DNA of 64,000 nt, taken from positions 1 to 64,000 of the forward strand of contig CAWGKG010000020.1 of assembly GCA_963823035.1 (NCBI GenBank), in the 5' to 3' direction. Positions 35,001 through 44,905 of this stretch are shown piece by piece (the stretch's first letter is position 1; each line of letters opens with the position of its first letter). A program made the position numbers and the translations under genes. Source of the DNA: an uncultured Gemmatimonadales bacterium (lineage in GTDB: Bacteria > Gemmatimonadota > Gemmatimonadetes > Longimicrobiales > Gaopeijiaceae). The notes under the pieces were generated by a model. That model saw only the letters and a program-made list of their open reading frames with translations. It made no database searches and had not been told where the DNA came from.

Positions 35001-35535
35001 GGGGAGCGAACGCGCCGCCCACCGCGAGCTTCACCAAGACGTGCACGGGCCTGAGCTGTCAGTTCACGGACGCGAGCTCCGACAGTGACGGCAGCATCGC
35101 GAGTCGCTCGTGGACGTTCGGAGATGGCGGCAAGTCCACGGCGCGCAACCCGACCCACACCTACGCCGCGGCCGGCACGTACACGGTGAAGCTGACCGTC
35201 ACGGACGACGACGGGGCGACGGCGACGGTCACGAAGAGCGTGACCGTCGCGGAGGCGGGCAACGCGCCGCCGACGGCGAGCTTCACGCCAGACGTGCACG
35301 GGCCTGAGCTGTGCGTTCACGGACGAGAGCTCCGACAGCGACGGCTCGATCCCGTGCCGCTGGTGGACGTTCGGGGACGGCGGCGCGGCCCCCGGGCGCA
35401 ACGCCGACGCACACGTACGCCTCGGCCGGCACCTACACGGTGAAGCTGGCGGTCCAGGACAACGACGGGGCGAAGGCGTCGTTCACCAAGACGGTGACCG
35501 TCGCTGTGACCCAGGGGCAGGCATCGTCGCGATAG
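32044..35535 (+). CDS. Lipoprotein: DUF4038 (apiosidase/GH140-like) domain + collagen-binding-like domain + 8 PKD repeats (frameshifted)
   Basis: Lipobox LAVASC; YLVDETGKPYLLVGDAAWS, NIMWVIGGD, WWYKPATG and GDWVLVV, followed by WTFGDG repeats. Confidence 0.78.
33502..35510 (+). repeat. Eight tandem ~250-bp PKD-coding repeats arranged as (AB)x4
   Basis: Units start near 33502, 33758, 34010, 34260, 34507, 34761, 35009 and 35261. Each contains tgcacgggcctgagctgt and a WTFGDG-coding stretch. Confidence 0.92.
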
Positions 35536-35539
35536 GTCG

Positions 35540-36876
35540 CTACCCGTGGCGGGTCGCCTTCGCGACGGGGCGCAGGAGCTCGTGCTCCACGAGCGCCCGC
35601 GCGGCGCGGTCGAGGAGGGTGAACTCCACCCCCGAGCGGTCCGCGATGTCCAGCAGGGTGTGGTTCCCGTCTGAGTAGCTGAGTACCCAGAGCAGGGCCA
35701 TCTCGAAACCAGGGGGGCTGGTGCCCCCCTGGTTTCCGTAGAGCCCGCGTCGGCCGAGCTGGGGCTCGCCCCTGGGGCTGAGGTTGAGATACGCCCGGTC
35801 CCGCTCCAGCACCTGGACGATGGCCAGGGCCTTGCCCAGGGAATCCGCCAGTGCCTCCGGCCGCACGAAGTCCACGTCGTCGGCCGATGTGTGGTACTCC
35901 GGATAGCGCCCGTTGGGCGTCCGCGTCAGGCAGCCCACCGCGAGATCGAAACCGGGCGAGCAGTACTGACGCTCGTCGTACCCGTAGGGCACGAAGTCGA
36001 GCAGCGTGTGCTCCCCGGCGGCCCGGAGCACGAGCGCTGCGGCCCGGTCCACCATCCGGTTCCCGAGCCGGCTCCGCTTGTACGTGGAGGGCCCCGGGTC
36101 TCCGAGGCAGCTCAGCACGAGCCCATGCCTCACCCGGGCCACGCTCTCCGGCGCCCGGGATAGCCACGTGAGCGAGCCGATCGTCCCCGGGATGAAGAGG
36201 AAGCGCATCCCATGCCGGCGAGGTACGCCGGCGAGCTGCTGCGCCAGCCACACGGCCACGGCGATACCGGAGAGGTTGTCGTTGGCGAGCGACGGGTGGC
36301 AGCAGTGGCAGGAGAAGAGGATGTCGCCGGGATCGTCCGAGGGCTCGCTGGGGGGCAGGTAGACCTCGCCGTACGTGAGGTGGCCCGGAGCGAGCGTGGC
36401 GTCGATGCAGACGTCCCACTCCGCATCCGGAGCGGCCTCCATGGCCTCGAGCGTCTTCTGTCGCAGGCAGAATCCCCACGACTCGCTGTAGTACGACGTA
36501 CGATAGGGGATTCGATCCGGCGCCTCGGGGAGCGTGTGGAGGTGGGGGCGCAGCTCGGCGAGCTTCATGCGGTCCGCGCACGGGGACGCTGTAGCTGACC
36601 ACGTGGAGGGAGTGCGCCTGGAAGTCGACGATCCGCTTTCCGGTCGGAGTCCGCGATCCATGCGTCCCGGATGTTCCACTCCCGCGGCACCGTCCAGTCG
36701 AGGACCGGGGTCCCTGTCGGCACCTCGTGCATCTCGAGCGGAGCCAGGGTCTGCAGGTGGCGCAGGGTGGTCCGCAGCCCTTCCCCGGTGATGCTCCTGC
36801 AGATGGGGTAGAGCTCCCGGATGAGCGCGTGCATCGCCGCGCCACTCCCGGGCTCGGGAGCGTAGCCCTCCTTCAC
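35540..36876 (-). CDS. DUF4910 aminopeptidase-like polysaccharide biosynthesis protein with C-terminal winged helix
   Basis: LYPICRSITGEG, DWTVPREWNI, PYRTSYY, CHPSLANDNLSG, YDERQYCSPG, YHTSAD and GEPQLGRRGLY. Confidence 0.88.
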
Positions 36877-37416
36877 GCGCCCCCCTCGGGAACGTAGTCC
36901 GGATACGACGCGTCGCGCTCGTTCATCGTGGGATCGGGCAGCGGCCATTCGATGCCGAAGGCGGGGTCGTTCCAGCGCAAGCCGCGACCCGCGGCCGGCG
37001 TGTAGAACTCGCTCATCTGATAGAACACGTCGGTATCGTCGTCCAACGTCAGGAAGCCGTGCGCGAATCCCCGCGGGACGTAGAGCGCACGCAGATCGTC
37101 CGCGTTCAGCTCGACGCCGAAAGTGACGCATGTGGGTGGGTGATTCGGGCCGCAGGTCGATGATCACGTCCCAGATCGCTCCCCGGGTGCAGCGCACGAG
37201 CTTGACCTCCTCGTGGGGCGCGGCCTGCCAGTGCATCCCCCTGAGGGTCCCGCGCCGGCGGTTCCTGGAGAAGGAGCACTGGGCCATCTCCGTCTCCAGC
37301 CCTCGCTCGGCGAATTCCCTTCGGCACCAGGCGCGCGCGAAGAAGCCCCGCGCGTCCTCGTGGCGCTCCAGCTCCACGAGCCAGGCGCCGGAGAGGGGGC
37401 TCGGCGTGAAGATCAC
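36873..37416 (-). CDS. rfbC: dTDP-4-dehydrorhamnose 3,5-epimerase family
   Basis: DARGFFAR, GTLRGMHWQ, KLVRCTRGAIWDVIIDLRPESPT; YVPRGFAHGF follows a frameshift. Confidence 0.88.
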
Positions 37417-38769
37417 GGCAGCACCGTGGTCTCGGGGATCGGCACCACCAGGCGCCCGCCCCATTCGCGCACGTACGCGAGCTGCTCCTCGATCTCGTCG
37501 CGCAGGTTCCAGGGCAGGATCAGCACGTAGTCCGGCCGCGCGTCGCGGATGCGGTCCGGCTCGTAGATGGGGATCCGCGTGCCGGGGAGCAGCTTCCCCT
37601 GCTTGTGGGGACTCCGGTCCACCGTGAAGTCCAGGAAGTCCTCGCGGATCCCACAGTAGTTGAGCAGCGTGTTCCCCTTCCCGGGTGCGCCGTAGCCCAC
37701 CACGCGCTTGCCGGCGCGTCGGGCCTCGATGAGGAAGTCGAGGAGCTTGCGCTTGGTCTCCTTCACCCGCTCCGCGAACGAGGCGTAGTACTGCGGCGTG
37801 TCCACCCCGTCCTCCAGCTCCCGGGCGCGGAGCTCGAGCAGGCGGTCGGTGCGCGGCCGGTCGGACTCCTCGTCATGGCGGGCCCAGATGCGCAGGGAGC
37901 CACCGTGTGTGGCGAGCTCCTCGACATCGAACAGGGTGAGGCCGTGGGCGGCGAAGATCCGCTCCGACGAATACGAGGGAGAAGTAGGAGAAGTGCTCGT
38001 GGTAGATGGTGTCGAACTGGTTCTCTTCGACGAGCCTCTGCAAGTGCGGGAACTCGATCGTGACCGTCCCGCCCGGAGCGAGGAGCAGCTTCAGCCCAGC
38101 GACGAAGTCGTTCAGGTCGTGGACCTGTGCGAGGACGTTGTTGCCCAGCACGAGGTCCGCCGGACCCCGGCCGGCGACCAACGCCCGGGCGGAGTCGCGT
38201 CCGAAGAACTCCACCCGCGTGGGAATCCCCTTGGCCACGGCGGCCTTGGCCACGTTCGCCGCCGGCTCGATACCGAGGACGGGGATGCCACGGTCGACGA
38301 AGTACTGCAGGAGGTAGCCGTCGTTGCTGGCTACCTCGACCACCTGGCTCGAGGCCCCGAGTCCCAGCCGCTCGACCACGAGATCGACGTACCTCCGGCA
38401 GTGATCCAGCCAGGAGTCGGAGTAGGAGGAGAAGTAGGCGTAGTCCGTGAAGATCTCCTCCCCGCTGACGTACTGCTCGATCTGCACCAGCCAACACCGT
38501 TCACAAACCCAGACGTGCAAGGGGTAGAACGGCTCCACGGCGTTGGCCCGCTCGCGGGACACGTAGCTCTCGCACAGGGGCGACATGCCGAGGTCGACGA
38601 AGGTGCGCTCGAGGGGGGCCCCGCAGAAACGGCAGGCGCCGGACGCTGGAACACCGGGTGCGGCAGCGGGCCAGGACGACGGAGTAGCGTCATTCGCAGG
38701 TGAGGTCATGCGTTCCTTCGACTCCGGGGCGGCGTCGCCGGTGGTCGGATCGGGGTACTCGGGGGTCAT
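37413..38769 (-). CDS. NDP-hexose C-methyltransferase (Zn-binding N-terminus, SAM domain, C-terminal domain)
   Basis: CRFCG..DLGMSP, EVASNDGYLL, FDTIYHEHFSYFS, GYGAPGKGNTLLNYCG and ILPWNL. Confidence 0.88.
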
Positions 38770-39701
38770 CCGTCCGATGCGCGGCCGGCGGCCACGCGTG
38801 GCAGGCGCGTAAGTTGAAGCGCGGGGTGCGGATCGACGCCTCGAGCAGCGTCGAAGAACCGCTGTCGCAGGGAGTCGAGGATCGGAGATCGATCGGGAAG
38901 TGTAGCGCCGTCGAGGCCCTTCACAGGCACGATCTCGGACAGCGTGCCACATATCGCGAGTTCGTCGGCAACGTGCAGCTCGGTCCGCTCGATCGGACGC
39001 CGGACGAACGGAATGCCCATGGACCCGGCAAGGGCCTCGACGATGTCGACGGTGATGCTCTCCAACACCCCTTCGGATGCCGGCGTGGTAGTCACTGTGC
39101 CCCCGCGAACCATCAAGACGGCCGATCCGGTGGCTTCCGCCACTCGGCCGAACTGATTCAGCAAGACCATCTCCCCGTGACCTCGGGCGTCACCTTCGAT
39201 GCGGGCGAGCCGTGCGACCTGATAGTTCGCGCTCGTCTTGATCCGCGCCGGAAGGGCGTTGTCGGAACTCCGCTGCCAGGTGCTGATGCCGAGGGTGATG
39301 GGATCGGGTGGGGTCTTGGGATGGTTGAAGGCCTTGATGACGAGGTCCGACACGTTCTCGTGGTGCCAGTGGCCCTCGACAACGAAGAGCGTCGGCCTCG
39401 CCCACATGTCGTGTTCCGGGACCAGCAACTCGTTGACGAGCAAGAAGATCGCGGACTCGAACCTCTCGTAGTCCACGTCGGTCGGGATCCTCAGAAGGCG
39501 CGCTGAACGCAGGAGTCGCTCGAAGTGCTGGCGCAGCTTGACGAAAGCGAAGGATCCGTCCACCTGCCAGTAGCCCTTGACGCCTTCGAAGACGTTGAGC
39601 CCTCGATTCACCGCCTCGGAATCGACATGCAACATCGCGTCTTCCCAGAGACGCAGCCCTCCCCCCATGTACACGTACTTCGGCTTCTGCAGCTTCGTCA
39701 T
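38766..39701 (-). CDS. PLP fold-type IV aminotransferase (branched-chain/D-amino-acid family)
   Basis: GLNVFEG, HFERL, RIKTSANY, GRVAEATGS, GVLESIT and CGTLSEIVPV. Confidence 0.85.
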   Translation of the reverse strand: MTKLQKPKYVYMGGGLRLWEDAMLHVDSEAVNRGLNVFEGVKGYWQVDGSFAFVKLRQHFERLLRSARLLRIPTDVDYERFESAIFLLVNELLVPEHDMWARPTLFVVEGHWHHENVSDLVIKAFNHPKTPPDPITLGISTWQRSSDNALPARIKTSANYQVARLARIEGDARGHGEMVLLNQFGRVAEATGSAVLMVRGGTVTTTPASEGVLESITVDIVEALAGSMGIPFVRRPIERTELHVADELAICGTLSEIVPVKGLDGATLPDRSPILDSLRQRFFDAARGVDPHPALQLTRLPRVAAGRASDG

Positions 39702-39734
39702 CGCTTCTCTCGATCGATTGGACCTTCGATGGGA

Positions 39735-41147
39735 CTATCCCTTCACGACGCCCTGGAGAATGAGGACCCAATCCTCATTGCTGGGAGGCGCGAAGGCATC
39801 GAGCGTGGTTGCTTCCACCGGCCTCCGTTGACCTGTTCGTGGATCGAACCAGATACCCTCTCGCGTCGCGCGAAGTCGAGTGGGGGCGAGGTCCAGCTGC
39901 CGGCCCCCACGGACGTACGCGATGAGCAGCGAGTCGCTGGGCGCCCAGGCTACGGCCGGGGCGCCGGGGTCCCCCTCGGAAGGCCACAGCCCATCCTGAG
40001 CGAGGGGCTCCAGGTGGTGGACGGGAAAGGAATCGACCAGCATCCGCGCGAGCGCCAATTGGCTGGCCACCCGACTCTCGAGCACCTCCGGCCACTTGCG
40101 TCGTCGGGCGGCCTCCGAATCCCCGAAGGTCGCAGCGGACGAAGCTCCGAACGACCAGACGGGGAAGGCACCGTAGAAGTGTCCGCTGCCCCCGCTCAGA
40201 AGGCTCCAGTATACCTGGGCCCGGAGCATCTCGTCGGTCATGTCATGCTCGTTCTCGTAGTAACCCTCGATCCAGAAGGTCGGCATGACGGGCCCGTTCT
40301 CGCCCGATGTTCGTTGCGCGTCGAGGAGGAGCCTGGAGGGTCCATGAACAGGGTCCGAATACGTCGAGTTGACGTCCAGCCAGGGCTCGTTGTAGGAATC
40401 CAGCGCGGAGTGATTCCGGCTCGCGTGAGCCGTGAAGATGGATCCGGGCGCCCGCTCTTCGATTCCCTGGACGACTGCATCGATCTCGCTGCTCAGCGTC
40501 ACCCCCTGATACGCCGGCTCCCAGTCTCCGCCCATCACCCAGATCACGTTGCCCGCGGCCCCCAGACGCCTTCCCAGCGAGTCGCCGTACGCTCGGAGCC
40601 TCGTCGGTCCGTTGGTCTTCATCTCCTGCGACCAGCCTTGGTCGTTGAACTGGTAGCCGACGTACGCGGGCAAGAGGAATACGACCATTCCCCGTGAGCG
40701 GGCTTCCGTCACCATCCATTCGAGGTACGCCCAGTACTCGGGGTTCAGGGCGGTGAAGTCGAGAGATTGCGCATCTATGCTGCGAAGGAAGGGCGGTTGG
40801 CCGTAGACGTTCTTCGGGGCCCGATCTCCGAACAAGTGCTCGATCGCGTTGAACGCCACAGCGTTCACACCTTGCTCCGCCCTCTTGTCCAGGTACCTGA
40901 GGACATCGCCCGAGTCGAGCTGTACCGCCAGACTCCATGGAGTGTCCCCGATGAGAACGAAGGCCTCACCGGCCGCGTCCACCAGTTCCCGGCCGCTCAC
41001 TGCAATAGGGAACTCGGCGGCTGGTCCGGGCTTGTACGGCAAAATGGGGTCGGTCTCGCTGGGCAGGTCGTGTTGGCAGCCGATCGCCTGGACACAGGTG
41101 AAGAGAGCAATCAGCCATAGAGGCAGGCGCCTGGGACAGGCCCCCAT
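39735..41147 (-). CDS. Second DUF4038 (apiosidase-like) probable lipoprotein, without PKD repeats
   Basis: QAIGC lipobox-like motif; LVDAAGEAFVLIGDTPWS, NVIWVMGGD, EGYYENE, WFDPRTG and DWVLIL. Confidence 0.8.
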   Translation of the reverse strand: MGACPRRLPLWLIALFTCVQAIGCQHDLPSETDPILPYKPGPAAEFPIAVSGRELVDAAGEAFVLIGDTPWSLAVQLDSGDVLRYLDKRAEQGVNAVAFNAIEHLFGDRAPKNVYGQPPFLRSIDAQSLDFTALNPEYWAYLEWMVTEARSRGMVVFLLPAYVGYQFNDQGWSQEMKTNGPTRLRAYGDSLGRRLGAAGNVIWVMGGDWEPAYQGVTLSSEIDAVVQGIEERAPGSIFTAHASRNHSALDSYNEPWLDVNSTYSDPVHGPSRLLLDAQRTSGENGPVMPTFWIEGYYENEHDMTDEMLRAQVYWSLLSGGSGHFYGAFPVWSFGASSAATFGDSEAARRRKWPEVLESRVASQLALARMLVDSFPVHHLEPLAQDGLWPSEGDPGAPAVAWAPSDSLLIAYVRGGRQLDLAPTRLRATREGIWFDPRTGQRRPVEATTLDAFAPPSNEDWVLILQGVVKG

Positions 41148-41164
41148 CGGAGTGGATGCGCTGC

Positions 41165-41830
41165 TCAGCTCGGAAGGACCTGGTCGAGGGCGGGCTTGAG
41201 CTCGAGGGCGAGGTTTCGCGCGAGCTCGAACGCCTGATCGTCCACGCCCTGCGACACGGGCACGACGATCCGCACCAGCGCCTCGTCGGTGCGCCGGCGA
41301 AGCGCGGCGTCCCGGAGGAGGTCCCACTTCACCAGGTACTCGTTGTAGGCGACGCGCCCACGTCCCTGGTACCAGTAGAGGACCAGCGCGCGGTCGGCAC
41401 CCTTCTGGAGGATGTACTGGTTCACCGTGAAGGCGTCGGCGCCCGAGCCGATCGTGGTCGGTTCGGAGGAGAGTGCCTCCCACCCCGCGCCCGGAAGGCA
41501 GTTCTGCGGGGAGTGGATCGTGCGGCCGCGGCTCTGCTGGTCGTAGAAGCCGAAGTAGACGGACGCCCACGGGATCGCGGCTTCGGCCGCCTTGGCCGTG
41601 TCCGCCTCCTGGTACACGCGCAGGGCGTAGTCCGTGAATCCGGCGACGTCGGCTTCCGCGTCGGAGACCGTCACGTCCTCCCCGCTCATGCCCGCGACCT
41701 GTTCGGGGAGCGCGGTCGCGAGCGGCTCACGCAGCTCGGGCACGAGCTGCTGGCGCACGAAGGAGAGCAGCCCCACACCCACCCCCAGGATCACGGCCGG
41801 GAGCCACCGGCGAGCGCCGCCGCCGCTCAT
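41165..41830 (-). CDS. epsI: EpsI family exosortase-associated protein
   Basis: YDQQSRGRTIHSPQNCLPGAGW, LVLYWYQGRGR and RRTDEALVRIV. Confidence 0.9.
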   Translation of the reverse strand: MSGGGARRWLPAVILGVGVGLLSFVRQQLVPELREPLATALPEQVAGMSGEDVTVSDAEADVAGFTDYALRVYQEADTAKAAEAAIPWASVYFGFYDQQSRGRTIHSPQNCLPGAGWEALSSEPTTIGSGADAFTVNQYILQKGADRALVLYWYQGRGRVAYNEYLVKWDLLRDAALRRRTDEALVRIVVPVSQGVDDQAFELARNLALELKPALDQVLPS

Positions 41831-42721
41831 GCCGCGCCCACCGGCTGTCGGCGATGGCGGATCATCCATCCCTCCCCACGCGCGAGCACCCACGTGAAGG
41901 ACCCGAGGATCGCGAAGGCCGCCACGAACATGACCCACCCCTCCGTGAGGTGCATGAAGCCCTCACCGAGCTTCGGGTCCACGAAGAACACCAGGAATCC
42001 CGTCAGGAAGACGCGGACGCCGTTGATGAGGATCGCGACCGGGATGGTGAGGGCGAGGAGGAACACCCGCAGAGCCGGATAGCGCAGCCAGATGCCGCCC
42101 ATCAGCAGCCCGAGGGAAGTCAGCGCCGTCAGGGATCGCAGCCCCGAGCAGGCCTCGGTGACGAAGAGCGACTGCCCGGGGATGTGGATCACGTTCCCGG
42201 CGAGCTGGACGGGCACGTCGCGCCACTGGAGCAGCGTCGCGCCGATCGCCGAGGCCTTGAGCTGAAGGGGGAACGCGAGCGTCGTCAGGATGACGGCCGG
42301 CAGCGGTACGCAGAGCACCAGGAGCGCCAACGGCAGCCACCACTTCAGGATCTGACGGAATCCCCACGCATAGATGATGAGCGCGATCGCCGCCCCGAGC
42401 AGGGACATCCGCATCGTGAACAGCTCGGCCGCCAGCGCGGACATGACCCTGAGGAGCACGGCGGCACCGAGGAGCGAGGAGCCCGAGCACCGGTTGCGCC
42501 CGCCGCTCCGGGATGAGGCCCGTGCGGTACATGAGGTACACGGACAGCGGCCCGAGCAGCAGGCCGTGCCCCGCCTCGGGGTCGCTCCACCAATCACGGA
42601 GGAGCGTCGTGAACGGTTCCCAGAAGAGCCAGACAAAAGCCAGGCCCCCCACCAGCAGGGGGGCCTGAACCAGGAGTTGGCGCCGGGACTTGGACTCGTC
42701 TACGGTCGCGACAGAGGTCAT
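41827..42721 (-). CDS. Exosortase (EpsH/Xrt family), frameshift ~42480
   Basis: W.SDPEAGHG, FPLQ, catalytic Cys in VTEACSGLRS, Arg in NGVR, His in FMH; multi-TM. Confidence 0.92.
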
Positions 42722-42730
42722 GTAGGAAGT

Positions 42731-43453
42731 CTACATCGCTCCCTTTCGGAGCACCATCACGGCGGGCGTCTGCGCCATGATCACGAGGTCCTTCACGGCA
42801 GAGCGGCGACGGATGTACTCGAGGTCGAGGTCGACCTTCTTCTTCACGTCGTCGATGCTCTGGTCGTAGGGGAGCCGCACCTGGGCGAGACCCGTGATTC
42901 CCGGAAGGACCTTCTGGCGCTGACGGTACTCACCCAACTCCGCACTCAGGCTCGCGAAGATCTTCGGCTGCTCGGGGCGCGGCCCGACGATGTTCATGTC
43001 GCCCTTCAGCACGTTGAAGAGCTGGGGTAGCTCGTCCAACCGGGTCGCGCGGAGGAACCGCCCCACCGACGTGATGCGCGGATCGTCCTTGGCGGCCCAC
43101 ACCTGGGTGCCGGGCTGGTCGACGTACATCGTGCGGAACTTGAAGATCGTGAAGATCTTGCCGCCCTGATCCGCCGCGCGGCGGCACTCGTCGGGATTCT
43201 CGCTGCGGCGCTGATCCCGTCGGTCGATCCCGACGCGGTCCTGCCGGTAGATGGCAGGTCCGTTCGAGGTGAGCTTGACGAGCGCCCACACGGCGAACAT
43301 CAGCGGTGCGGTGAGGATCACGGCGATCGAGGCCACGAGAACGTTCAGCACGCGGCAAGCCCGATCGCGGGCCCGATGCGACTGCTCGGGGGAGGGCTTC
43401 TGGCGCCGGGAACCAGCAGCCAGCCAAGCCGGGCGGGGGGCGGCCAGAACCAT
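42731..43453 (-). CDS. Priming sugar transferase (Bac_transf, phosphoglycosyltransferase)
   Basis: FKFRTM, DDPRITSVGRFLRATRLDELPQLFNVLKGDMNIVGPRPE and PGITGLAQV. Confidence 0.92.
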   Translation of the reverse strand: MVLAAPRPAWLAAGSRRQKPSPEQSHRARDRACRVLNVLVASIAVILTAPLMFAVWALVKLTSNGPAIYRQDRVGIDRRDQRRSENPDECRRAADQGGKIFTIFKFRTMYVDQPGTQVWAAKDDPRITSVGRFLRATRLDELPQLFNVLKGDMNIVGPRPEQPKIFASLSAELGEYRQRQKVLPGITGLAQVRLPYDQSIDDVKKKVDLDLEYIRRRSAVKDLVIMAQTPAVMVLRKGAM

Positions 43454-43729
43454 GGAATCGCCCGCCTGGGAGCGAGCATAGCTCTGCCGTTGTGTCGTCT
43501 GACTCAAGCCTGACTCCTGCAGTGGATCAAGGACTCTGATCCCGGAGCCCCCCAGTCCCGGGTCACCGCGGTGGACACGGTTGTGCCTGGGTATCTGCAA
43601 GAGTCGTTCACATTCGGGGTGTACCGGCACAAATGACCTTATCTCTTTGTATGGCAACGGGTTAGGTGTGATATATGTGATGGCGTGGATCGCGGTCGAG
43701 GCTTGGGTTTGTGGGCGGCGCGGAACGTT

Positions 43730-43747
43730 TGTGGTCCATTTGCCACA
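43730..43747. promoter_or_regulatory. TGT-N12-ACA dyad, putative enhancer-binding-protein site
   Basis: TGTGGTCCATTTGCCACA with extended dyad arms cgtttgtgg/ccacaacg. Similar boxes occur at 46641, 50330 and 53329. Confidence 0.5.
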
Positions 43748-43828
43748 ACGCTTCGGGTTCGCGGGCGAGGTCAAGGCTTGCCGCGTCGCAGGAACGTATC
43801 GACTCGGCGCCGATTGCGCAGCGGTGCT

Positions 43829-44905
43829 TCAGCGGGGTGCCGGCAGGTCCAGCGTGAAGGAGAAGCTCGTGCCCCAGTCGCCCGTGTCGATCTCGAGGTC
43901 CGAGCCCATCATGCGGACGATCCGGCGTGCGATGGACAGCCCGACGCCGCTACCCGAAAAGAAATGGCCCGTGCTGTAGAGCCGCTTCTTGAAAGGATTG
44001 AAGAGCTCACCCTGCCGCTCCTCCGAGATGCCCCTCCCGGTGTCGAGCACGTAGAACTCGACCTGCGTCGCGGAGTGTCGCTTCACCCCGATCTCCACCC
44101 ACCCCTCGTCCGTGAATTTCAGGGCGTTGGTGGTGAGGTTCAGGATCACGCGCCCCAGCGCGATGGGGTGGCCGTGCGCCCGATCGTACTCGGGAACGGC
44201 GATGCGGAGCTCGACGCCCTTCTCGTCGGCCATCGGCTGCACCATCTCCTGCACCCCGCGCACCATCTCCGAGAAGGAGTAGACCTCGGGTTCGGAGTCG
44301 ATGAGCCCGCGGCCCTCGCGGGCCAGGTCGATGACGTTGGACGCGAGCGACGCGAGGCCGAGCGCCGCGCTGTAGATCAGCCCGAGCTGGCTGCGCTGCT
44401 GGTCGTTGACCTCACCGCTGTGTCCGGTCCGGAGCGTCTCGGACAGGAAGAGGATCGAGGTGAGGGGCGAGCGCAGGTCGTGCGCGACCTCCACGAGCAA
44501 CTGGAGCGCGTCGGGCTGTGCGAGCCGGCCGGCCAGGCTCGTGAGGTCGTCCCCCAGGACGCGTTCCAGAAGCGCCTCGAGCGCGCGCACGACGGCGAGC
44601 GTCGAGGCGGATGCATCGGCGGGGACCTCCAGTTGGAGCACCGAGCCACGCAGCGCTCGGATCAGACGGGCGTCGAAGGTCGCGGGCTCGGGTCCGTCCT
44701 GCCACTCGTCCGCGGTGCCGGCGCCCAGGATGCGGTACGTTTCCCGGACCACGGCACGGAGGCCACCCACGGCCTCGACCCGCGCGTTCCCGGCGGCTTC
44801 CGCCGGGGCCGCGTGGAGCATCGCGAGGAGCCTCTCGGAGGCCTCCTCGAGGATCGCCTCCGGGGTCGGGGAGGCGCTGTGCACTTCGACCGCGTCTCGG
44901 GCCAT
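43829..44905 (-). CDS. Cytoplasmic sensor histidine kinase (HisKA + HATPase)
   Basis: VAHDLRSPL, NLTTNALKFT, DTGRGI, LFNPF and GSGVGLS; no TM segment is visible. Confidence 0.9.
   Translation of the reverse strand: MARDAVEVHSASPTPEAILEEASERLLAMLHAAPAEAAGNARVEAVGGLRAVVRETYRILGAGTADEWQDGPEPATFDARLIRALRGSVLQLEVPADASASTLAVVRALEALLERVLGDDLTSLAGRLAQPDALQLLVEVAHDLRSPLTSILFLSETLRTGHSGEVNDQQRSQLGLIYSAALGLASLASNVIDLAREGRGLIDSEPEVYSFSEMVRGVQEMVQPMADEKGVELRIAVPEYDRAHGHPIALGRVILNLTTNALKFTDEGWVEIGVKRHSATQVEFYVLDTGRGISEERQGELFNPFKKRLYSTGHFFSGSGVGLSIARRIVRMMGSDLEIDTGDWGTSFSFTLDLPAPR

Noticed and set aside
33502..35510. Possible CRISPR array
   Set aside because: The units are ~250-bp coding PKD repeats with no unique spacers, and there are no cas genes.
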